NCBI GenBank assembly: GCA_015233115.1
Contig: JADFYJ010000003.1
Span: 104,536-168,535 of the forward strand
DNA from: Candidatus Omnitrophota bacterium
GTDB lineage: Bacteria; Omnitrophota; Gorgyraeia; Zapsychrales; Zapsychraceae
DNA length: 64,000 nucleotides
Direction: 5' to 3'
Made by a program: the position numbers and the translations under genes. Shown here in pieces: positions 1 through 7,309 of this stretch; within the stretch, counting starts at the first letter, position 1, and each line of letters opens with the position of its first letter. Under the pieces are notes generated by a model. That model was not told the origin of the DNA. It saw only the letters and a program-made list of their open reading frames with translations, and searched no databases.

Positions 1-117
1 CTTGGTAAGGCGACGGTATGAGGAGCTGGATGCCGGAGCTCCTGCGACGGCCGAAGCGCCAAGGAAACTCGCTCGGAGATTCGGTTTAAACGTAAACCTT
101 GTGTTTGGGGCACGCGG
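1..117. repeat. Family C ~120-bp hairpin element, copy 1 (truncated by window start)
   Basis: Carries GCCAAGGAAACTCGCTCGGAGATTCGGTTTAAACGTAAACC...GGGCACGCG, matching the 3' half of copies at 21212 and 52625. Confidence 0.85.
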
Positions 118-151
118 TTTGAAAATGAACGTTAACATTCAACTATAAAAT

Positions 152-1057
152 ATGGCAAAATTCAATTTAAAAATTTGGTTGACCGCAGTCAGACCTTTTT
201 CATTCACGGCTTCGATTATGCCGGTTATTTTGGGGGGTTGTCTGGTCTGGGGATACAAGCAGGTGTTCCATTGGGACCTGTTTTTGGCGTTTCTTTTTTC
301 TGCGCTGTTCATTCACGCGGGGACCAATTTATTCAGTGATTATTATGATTTTACGCGCGGCGTGGATAAGCCCGGGACTTTTGGGTCCAGCGGAATTTTG
401 ACGTCGGGAACATTACAGCCTGTACAAATTTTAAACGCGGCACGTTTGATGTTGGTATTGGGTTTTGTTATCGGATTGTTTTTGGTGGCCCGTTTAGGAT
501 GGCCTATTTTAGTTTTAGGATTGATAGGAATGCTCGGAGGATATTCTTATTGCGGCCGGATGTTTGGTTATAAATATCTTGGTTTAGGAGAAATTTTTGT
601 TTTTTTATTTATGGGGGTATTGTTATTTACCGGCATATATTTCGTGTTAACCGGGGCTTGGACGTGGGATGTGGTGAACGCGTCATTGCCGATTTCGTTT
701 CTAGTCGCGGCGATTTTATTTGCCAACAATATGCGGGATATCAAAACCGATAAGGCGATTGGCGTAATCACCTTAGCCGGCAGGTTAGGTTTTCGCAGGA
801 GTAAATGGCTTTATTTGTTTTTTGTCGTCGGAGCATATGCGGCGGTTTTATTTTTGATCATCAACAAAACTTTTTCATTATGGTCTTTCTTAGTTTTATT
901 GACTGCGCCTAAAGCATTAAAGAATGTAGTGACGGTTTTTGAGTGTCCTGCAAATCATGTGGATACAATCGCGTTCATGGATCAGCAAACAGCTCAATTG
1001 CATTTGAATTTTGGTTTATTTCTAAGCCTATCATTTATTTTAAGTCGAGTATTATGA
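152..1057 (+). CDS. menA: 1,4-dihydroxy-2-naphthoate octaprenyltransferase (UbiA family)
   Basis: RPFSFTAS N-terminus, NLFSDYYDF..GVD and ANNMRDIKTD motifs, multiple TM helices. Confidence 0.9.
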   Translation: MAKFNLKIWLTAVRPFSFTASIMPVILGGCLVWGYKQVFHWDLFLAFLFSALFIHAGTNLFSDYYDFTRGVDKPGTFGSSGILTSGTLQPVQILNAARLMLVLGFVIGLFLVARLGWPILVLGLIGMLGGYSYCGRMFGYKYLGLGEIFVFLFMGVLLFTGIYFVLTGAWTWDVVNASLPISFLVAAILFANNMRDIKTDKAIGVITLAGRLGFRRSKWLYLFFVVGAYAAVLFLIINKTFSLWSFLVLLTAPKALKNVVTVFECPANHVDTIAFMDQQTAQLHLNFGLFLSLSFILSRVL

Positions 1058-1671
1058 AGAAAATTTTCTTAAGCCTTGCCGCTGCTTTTGGTTTCTGGTT
1101 TTTGATGTTCTCCCCGTGGACCAGTCATAAAATTAATTTTTGGTTCGTGATGATGTGCGCGTCTGGCGCTTTGGCTGGCTGGGGCTGCTGGGCTCAACGA
1201 TTCGAAGTGAAAAAAATTTTTCCATTCGAAGGCAAGCATGCCTGGATAGGATTGATCTCAGCGATTGTTTTATATAGTATATTTTGGCTGGGAAAAGCTG
1301 TGATTCTGCGCCTGGTGCCATTCGGCGCGGGCGAGATCAGCCGGGTTTATTTTACAAAACTAGGCGCTGATCCAAGGTGGATCGCAGCGGCATTATTGTT
1401 TTGGATCGGGCCGGGTGAAGAAATTTTTTGGCGCGGTTATATTCAACGGAAGTTGTCGTCGATAATGGGGTCAGGAAAAGGCTATTGGGTTACGTCTTTA
1501 ATTTATGCTCTGGTGCATATTTGGTCGTTTAATCTTTCTCTTTTTTTAGCGGCTTTGATTTGCGGCTTGTTCTGGGGTTTTCTATTCCGGAAATTTAATT
1601 CCATATGGCCGTCATTGATTTCGCACAGCCTGTGGGATGTGCTGATTTTTATAATATTCCCTTTAGGATAA
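1054..1671 (+). CDS. CPBP/Abi (CAAX protease-like) intramembrane metalloprotease
   Basis: EEIFWRG, YALVH and SHSLWD motifs; ATG at 1054 overlaps menA stop and is preferred to 943. Confidence 0.85.
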   Translation: MKKIFLSLAAAFGFWFLMFSPWTSHKINFWFVMMCASGALAGWGCWAQRFEVKKIFPFEGKHAWIGLISAIVLYSIFWLGKAVILRLVPFGAGEISRVYFTKLGADPRWIAAALLFWIGPGEEIFWRGYIQRKLSSIMGSGKGYWVTSLIYALVHIWSFNLSLFLAALICGLFWGFLFRKFNSIWPSLISHSLWDVLIFIIFPLG

Positions 1672-1673
1672 TC

Positions 1674-1995
1674 AAAGTAACAGAGTGACAGAGTAACAAA
1701 GTGACAGAGAAAAGGCGAATGTTGAAAAAGGCGATTGATGCTGGAAAAATATCAGACAAAAAATATAAAACACAAAGTTACAAGAAAGATTGGCTATAAA
1801 AAAATATAATAAATATCTAAATTTTTGGCTATTACATTTTAGTTGTTAATTTTTTTGTTTTTTGCTTTGATACTTAGTTGCTCGGTTACCTTGTCACTTA
1901 ACATGCATTATTAGTTTTATGTTATTTGTTTTTAGGTTTTTTTGTTTGGTGTTTTTTTACTTTGTTACTCTGTCACTCTGTTACTCGGTTACTTT
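1674..1995. repeat. Family A inverted tandem-octamer element (GTAACAGA/GTGACAGA arms, AT-rich spacer)
   Basis: 27-bp perfect inverted match AGTAACAGAGTGACAGAGTAACAAAGT between left arm (1674-1710) and right arm (1958-1995); extra partial right arm near 1876-1900. Confidence 0.9.
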
Positions 1996-2002
1996 AAAAA
2001 GT

Positions 2003-3262
2003 ATGTTACAGAACATTAAAGAAATAATTAAAGCCTTGCCCCTGACCAGCGGCGTTTATTTAATGAAGAATGCCGCGGGTGAAATTATTTATATCGGGAA
2101 AGCTGTTTCCCTGCGTAAGCGTGTTCAATCATATTTTCGTCCAGCTTCAGCTGTTTTGAGCAAAACCGACCTTTTGGTCGCGGATATCCGCGACATTGAT
2201 TATATTCCTACGCTGAGTGAGGCCGAAGCCCTTATCCTTGAGGCCGGACTAATAAAAAAACATCAGCCTCGTTACAATATTGATTTGCGGGATGATAAAT
2301 CTTATCCTTTTATTGAAATTACCAAAGAAACTTTTCCGAGGATTATGGTTACCCGTCCGAAGGAAAAGCGGAAAGACGCGGTTTATTATGGGCCGTATGT
2401 CAACGCGGGTTTGGTGAGGGAAGCATTAGGTTTGTTGCGGAAAATTTTTCCGTATTGTAATAAAAAGACCTGCGGGCCGAAAGAATGTTTGGATTTCCAT
2501 TTAGGATTGTGTCCGGGGCCATGCGCGGGCAAGATCTGCGCGAAAGACTATCAAGATAATATTAAGAACATTTGTTTTGTGTTAGACGGAGAAAAGGATC
2601 AGTTATACCGCGGGTTGCAGGGAAAAATGGCAGAGCTGGGCAGCCGCAAAGAATATGAAGAAGCGGCAAAAGTGCGGGACCAGCTGCGCGCGGTGTCAGC
2701 ATTATATTCTGGATCAGCCAATGTTAATTTTTATAAAGAGGCTGAACAATTGCAAAGATTATTGGAATTGCCGAGAATCCCGGAGCGCATCGAGGCTTTT
2801 GATATTTCCAATATTATGGGTGAACAGGCGGTTGGGTCTATGGTGTCATTTTTAAATGGGAGGCCGGACAAGAAAAATTACCGGAGATTTAAAATTAAAA
2901 CAGTGGAAGGGATTGATGATTTTCAGATGATGGCCGAAGTGGTGCACCGCAGGTATAAACGTTTGAAAGAGGAGAAAACTGTTTTTCCGGATTTGATTTT
3001 GGTTGACGGGGGAAAGGGGCAATTGTCAGCGGCTGTGGGGCAATTAAAGATTTTGAACGTGGATGTTCCGATTGCTTCGCTGGCCAAGAAAGCAGAAGAA
3101 ATATTTTTGCCGCGGAAACGAAATCCTGTCAAGTTATCGCCGGAATCATTGGCCTTACAATTATTGCAAAGGATCAGGGATGAGGCCCATAGGTTTGCCG
3201 TAACCTATCATCGTCTAAGGAGAACAAAAAATGCGTTTCGAAATCGCGATGAAAAAACATAA
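2003..3262 (+). CDS. uvrC: Excinuclease ABC subunit C (short form, no obvious C-terminal HhH domain)
   Basis: GVYLM..IIYIGKA GIY-YIG, YEEAAKVRD UVR motif, EAFDIS and PDLILVDGGKGQ, RDEAHRFA; start moved to 2003 because the upstream extension is repeat DNA. Confidence 0.92.
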   Translation: MLQNIKEIIKALPLTSGVYLMKNAAGEIIYIGKAVSLRKRVQSYFRPASAVLSKTDLLVADIRDIDYIPTLSEAEALILEAGLIKKHQPRYNIDLRDDKSYPFIEITKETFPRIMVTRPKEKRKDAVYYGPYVNAGLVREALGLLRKIFPYCNKKTCGPKECLDFHLGLCPGPCAGKICAKDYQDNIKNICFVLDGEKDQLYRGLQGKMAELGSRKEYEEAAKVRDQLRAVSALYSGSANVNFYKEAEQLQRLLELPRIPERIEAFDISNIMGEQAVGSMVSFLNGRPDKKNYRRFKIKTVEGIDDFQMMAEVVHRRYKRLKEEKTVFPDLILVDGGKGQLSAAVGQLKILNVDVPIASLAKKAEEIFLPRKRNPVKLSPESLALQLLQRIRDEAHRFAVTYHRLRRTKNAFRNRDEKT

Positions 3263-3536
3263 ATTAACAAAATTTCAATGGCGAGTTTTAGAGGCCGCCC
3301 TTACAATACCGTTAGGCGAGACAAGGACGTATCAATGGGTAGCGGATCAATTGGGAAAACCAAAAGCTGTGCGCGCGGTAGGGCAAGCGTTGCGGCGCAA
3401 TCCATATCCGCTTATCATCCCGTGTCATCGCGTGATTAAAAGCGACGGCCAGCTCGGTGGATACGAAGGTGGCCCGTGCGATAGGAAAGCAGAATTGTTG
3501 GAGATTGAGAAGTATATCGTTAAAGAAATGGAGTAG
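3249..3536 (+). CDS. Methylated-DNA--protein-cysteine methyltransferase (MGMT C-terminal domain)
   Basis: IPLGETRTY, AVRAVGQAL, NP..IIPCHRV with active-site Cys. Confidence 0.88.
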   Translation: MKKHKLTKFQWRVLEAALTIPLGETRTYQWVADQLGKPKAVRAVGQALRRNPYPLIIPCHRVIKSDGQLGGYEGGPCDRKAELLEIEKYIVKEME

Positions 3537-3539
3537 GGC

Positions 3540-4616
3540 ATGAACATCAGGGAAATGTTTGTAAAAATGGTGAATTTAAAAGCCTCGGATATTTATTTGA
3601 GAATTAAAGCCTATCCGCGGGCAAGAATTAACGGGACGATTGAGGTGATAGGTGATTCGCTGATTACAAGTGAAGAAATGATGAGTTTAACGCATGTGCT
3701 GCTGGGAAATGATGAGCGGCGTAAAATGTTTCAGGAAAAATGGAGTGTGGATTTTATTCATTTTGAGCCGGATATCGGCCGTTTTCGGGTTAATGTATTT
3801 ATGCAGCGGAATACCCCTTCCATTGTGGCCCGGCATGTCTTCGCGGCAGTAGATACTTTTTTTGATTTACATCTGCCGGAAATTGTTTGCAAAAAATTTG
3901 CGGATTTAACCCAAGGGCTATGTTTGGTTTGCGGCCCGGCTGGGAATGGTAAATCCACGACTGTCGCGAGTATCATTGAGCATATTAACCGGAATAAGTC
4001 AAAACATATCATAACGCTGGAAGATCCGATCGAGTTTTTATTCGAAGATAAAAAAGCTTTTATCAATCAGCGGGAGATTGGAAAGGATGTGGCCACATAT
4101 CCGGACGCGCTACGGTCTGTGACTTTGCAGAGCCCGGATATTATTTATATCGGAAATATCCGGGATTATTCGACCATGAAAGCGGCCATTACCGCGACGG
4201 AATTAGGCGCCGGCGTATTTACTACGTTTCATACGGTTAATGCGGTTCAAACAATTATACGGATTATTAATTTTTTTCCGCCGCACTTGCATGATGAAGT
4301 GAGGATGCAATTATCGTTGATTTTAAAAGGTTCCATATCTTTGAGGCTGATACCGCGTAAAGACGGGAAAGGTCGTATCCCGGCGTGTGAAACCTTGGTC
4401 ATCACTCCAACGATTGCTAGGTTAATTCATGAAAATAAAATTAAAGAAATTCAAAATTTTATTGATGAAGGCGCTATGTTTGGTATGTGTTCTTTTCAGC
4501 AGTCTTTAGTGGCTTTGGTAAAAGAGGGATTGGTGGATGTGGATGTAGCCCGGACTTATGCTGACAGCGCGGATGATTTTGATTTGGAAATCAGGGGAAT
4601 CAAAAGAGTTAGATAG
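3540..4616 (+). CDS. pilT: PilT/PilU family type IV pilus ATPase with atypical Walker B
   Basis: RFRVNVF, GPAGNGKSTT, TLEDPIEF, QREIGKD; PDIIYIGNIRD replaces the usual GEMRD. Confidence 0.85.
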   Translation: MNIREMFVKMVNLKASDIYLRIKAYPRARINGTIEVIGDSLITSEEMMSLTHVLLGNDERRKMFQEKWSVDFIHFEPDIGRFRVNVFMQRNTPSIVARHVFAAVDTFFDLHLPEIVCKKFADLTQGLCLVCGPAGNGKSTTVASIIEHINRNKSKHIITLEDPIEFLFEDKKAFINQREIGKDVATYPDALRSVTLQSPDIIYIGNIRDYSTMKAAITATELGAGVFTTFHTVNAVQTIIRIINFFPPHLHDEVRMQLSLILKGSISLRLIPRKDGKGRIPACETLVITPTIARLIHENKIKEIQNFIDEGAMFGMCSFQQSLVALVKEGLVDVDVARTYADSADDFDLEIRGIKRVR

Positions 4617-4618
4617 AA

Positions 4619-4665
4619 GATGTCAGAAGGTCAGAAGTCAGATGTCAGATGTCAGAAGAAAAAGC
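4619..4665. repeat. Family E heptamer arm (GTCAGAA/GTCAGAT)n followed by GAAAAAGC
   Basis: Tandem GTCAGA(A/T) units directly after pilT stop; similar arm at 58651. Confidence 0.8.
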
Positions 4666-4666
4666 T

Positions 4667-4691
4667 TAGGGCGGTTTACGAACCGCCTTTA
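4667..4691. repeat. REP-like palindrome GGCGGTTTACGAACCGCC
   Basis: Short GC-rich hairpin resembling GTAG-class REPs. Confidence 0.55.
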
Positions 4692-4900
4692 TAATAAAAA
4701 ATGTCGTTGGTTTTTTGCGAAGGTCTTGTTTATATATATATATGTAATTTTTATTTGTAATTAAATTATCATATAAACTATATAATTTGTAAATCAATCC
4801 AACGCCCTGCGTTTCTTTTGTTTTTCATTAATTATAATAATTTAATTGGATCGTAAGTTATTGATAATAAATAATTTATGGTTTTGAGGCGAAATTTTAT

Positions 4901-4929
4901 TTGACCTTAAAAAATGATTTTGATATAGT
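4901..4929 (+). promoter_or_regulatory. Putative sigma70 promoter of pur cluster (TTGACC-N17-TATAGT with extended TG)
   Basis: Consensus-like -35/-10 with 17-bp spacing, about 50 bp before purB. Confidence 0.55.
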
Positions 4930-4979
4930 AGTGCGTTCAATAAACTTACCATCCAACCCACAAACCAGAGAGGGAAATT

Positions 4980-6275
4980 ATGTTAGATAGATATACACTA
5001 TCGAAAATGGGGAATATATGGACGGAAAAAAGGAAGTGCGAAATTTTCCTTGAAATTGAAGTGCTGGCTTGTGAGGCAAATTGCAAATTAGGGCATATCC
5101 CCAAAAAATCCTTTGAAAAAATAAAAAAGAACGCGAGTTTTGACATTGAAGAGATCAAACGTTTGGAAGAAAAAACCAAGCACGATGTGGTCGCGTTTAT
5201 CAATAATGTCGGGCAATCATTAGGGACGGATGCTCAATATCTTCATGTGGGTTTAACCTCATCTGATCTATTGGATACAACTTTATCTGTACAGTGCGTG
5301 GAAGCCAGTGAACTGTTGATTGGCAACGTGAAAAAATTACTTTTCGCTTTGAAACAAAAAGCTAAGAAGTATAAAGATACTCCCTGCGTCGCGCGGACTC
5401 ATGGTGTGCACGCTGAACCAACGACCTTTGGTTTAAAGATCGCGGTTTGGTACGATGAAATGAGACGGAATTTAGACCGTTTGGAACAAGCCAAAGAAAT
5501 GATGCGGATCGGAAAATTATCCGGCGCAGTTGGAACTTACGCGAATATTGACCCGTCAGTGGAAGAATTTGTTTGCGAAAAATTAGGCTTGAAACCCGCG
5601 AATATCGCGACGCAAATTATTCAACGCGATCATCATTGTCAATTTATCTCTACGATCGCATTGGTTGGATCAACTTTAAATAAAATTGTCACCGAGATTC
5701 GTTTACTTCAGAAAACCGAAGTGCTGGAGGTGGAAGAGCCATTCTTTAAAGGGCAGGTTGGTTCATCAGCGATGCCTCACAAACGTAACCCGGTCACTTG
5801 TGAACGTATTTCCGGTTTGTCCCGCATTTTACGTTCTAATGCCCAGGCGGCATTTGAAAACATTTGTTTGTGGCATGAACGCGATATCAGCCATTCATCG
5901 GTGGAACGGATTATTATTCCGGATAGCACGATCGCTTTGGATTATATGCTGCAAAAATTGATTCCTTTGATTGAAGGATTATTGGTTTATCCGAAAAATA
6001 TGATCAAGAGTTTAGGGATTACACGCGGACTGATTTATTCTCAGCGTGTTCTGCTTGAATTGATGAAAAAGGGATTAACTCGCGAAGCGGCGTATGATGT
6101 GATTCAACGCTGTGCCATGCAGGTATGGCAGGAAACTTCAGATTTTAAAGAAGTTCTTATGCGCGATCGTCACGTTCGAAAATATCTCAAAGAGTCTGAG
6201 ATCGAATATTGTTTTGATATTAAATATTATACTCGTCATACCGATAAAATTTTTAAACGCGTGGGGTTAAGATAA
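4980..6275 (+). CDS. purB: Adenylosuccinate lyase
   Basis: TKHDVVAF, RTHGVHAEPTTFG, GSSAMPHKRNP signature. Confidence 0.97.
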   Translation: MLDRYTLSKMGNIWTEKRKCEIFLEIEVLACEANCKLGHIPKKSFEKIKKNASFDIEEIKRLEEKTKHDVVAFINNVGQSLGTDAQYLHVGLTSSDLLDTTLSVQCVEASELLIGNVKKLLFALKQKAKKYKDTPCVARTHGVHAEPTTFGLKIAVWYDEMRRNLDRLEQAKEMMRIGKLSGAVGTYANIDPSVEEFVCEKLGLKPANIATQIIQRDHHCQFISTIALVGSTLNKIVTEIRLLQKTEVLEVEEPFFKGQVGSSAMPHKRNPVTCERISGLSRILRSNAQAAFENICLWHERDISHSSVERIIIPDSTIALDYMLQKLIPLIEGLLVYPKNMIKSLGITRGLIYSQRVLLELMKKGLTREAAYDVIQRCAMQVWQETSDFKEVLMRDRHVRKYLKESEIEYCFDIKYYTRHTDKIFKRVGLR

Positions 6276-6979
6276 TGGAAAAGCGAAATCGTATTTATGA
6301 AGGCAAAGCCAAGATTGTTTATTTAACTGATGATCCGGATTTGGTTATTCAGTACTTCAAAGACGATGCCACAGCATTCAACGCGGCTAAACGGGGTACT
6401 GTCGCTGAAAAAGGGATTGCGAATAACCGCATTTCTTCCAAAATGTTTGAATACCTTGAATCGAACGGTATTCATACGCATTTTGTGAAACGGTTAAGTG
6501 ACCGGGAAATGCTGATCAAGAAAGTGCAGATAGTGCCGTTGGAAGTAATTATCCGCAATAAAGCGGCAGGAACATTTTGCCGCCGTTATGGCGCGGAAGA
6601 AGGCTTGAAATTAGAGACGACAGTTTTTGAATTGTCATATAAACGTGATGATCTCGGCGATCCCTTGATCAATGAATACCATGCTTTAGCTTTAAAATTA
6701 GCGACTGAAGAAGAGATTAAAAAAATTAAGGACATGACGTTTAAGATCAATGAATTGATGAAAAAATTCTTTGATAATTTGGGTTTGGAATTGATTGATT
6801 TCAAGTTAGAGTTCGGACGATTTAAGGGCGACATTATTTTGGCGGATGAAATATCGCCGGACACTTGCCGCATTTGGGAAAAAGGTACTGGCCGCAAACT
6901 CGACAAAGACCGTTTCCGTCATGATTTAGGCGACATTGAACAGGCGTATCAGGAAGTTTTGAGTAGAATTGAGAAGTAA
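6275..6979 (+). CDS. purC: SAICAR synthetase
   Basis: YEGKAK, FKDDATAFN, DFKLEFG, LADEISPDTCR, DKDRFR. Confidence 0.97.
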   Translation: MEKRNRIYEGKAKIVYLTDDPDLVIQYFKDDATAFNAAKRGTVAEKGIANNRISSKMFEYLESNGIHTHFVKRLSDREMLIKKVQIVPLEVIIRNKAAGTFCRRYGAEEGLKLETTVFELSYKRDDLGDPLINEYHALALKLATEEEIKKIKDMTFKINELMKKFFDNLGLELIDFKLEFGRFKGDIILADEISPDTCRIWEKGTGRKLDKDRFRHDLGDIEQAYQEVLSRIEK

Positions 6980-6982
6980 AGT

Positions 6983-7108
6983 TTAAAACGTGACAATGTA
7001 ATAGTGTAACAATGTGACAATGAAAAAGAGAAAAACGAAGAGCAAAATAGAAATATAAATTTTATCTTTTTCACAATCATGTTTTCCTATTTCATTGTCA
7101 CGTTTTAA
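6983..7108. repeat. Family B inverted tandem-octamer element (TGTGACAA units)
   Basis: Perfect 16-bp inverted termini TTAAAACGTGACAATG / CATTGTCACGTTTTAA; further right arm at 7277-7292. Confidence 0.85.
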
Positions 7109-7141
7109 TTCGTTTTGTTAAATTTTTGCGTTTTTAATAAA

Positions 7142-7262
7142 GCGCGCGGCAGGGCGGTTTGCATTTAAACCGAATCCTTCGCTCAAACAGCAGCTCCGAA
7201 GCGGAGCTGAACTCGCTCTGGGATTCGGTTGCAACGCCAACCTTGAGTTTAAGCAAGCGGTT
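7142..7262. repeat. Family C hairpin element, copy 2
   Basis: GCGCGCGG..GGTTTGCATTTAAACCGAATCC-TTCGCTCAAACAG-hairpin-AACTCGCTC..GGATTCGGTT. Confidence 0.9.
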
Positions 7263-7309
7263 AAAGTGTTTTTTTTGCATTGTCACATTTAACATAAGGA
7301 TTTTAAATT

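Noticed and set aside
1919-2002. N-terminal extensions of ORF calls (uvrC 1919, CDF 22250, hflX 39844, hrcA 45543, accD 52644)
   Set aside because: The extensions are translations of repeat elements; downstream starts fit family N-termini and most have an RBS
4690-4979. Purine/ZTP riboswitch or IHF site upstream of purB
   Set aside because: No riboswitch consensus is recognisable; TAAGTTATTGATA (4854-4866) fits the IHF consensus but is weak evidence in AT-rich DNA
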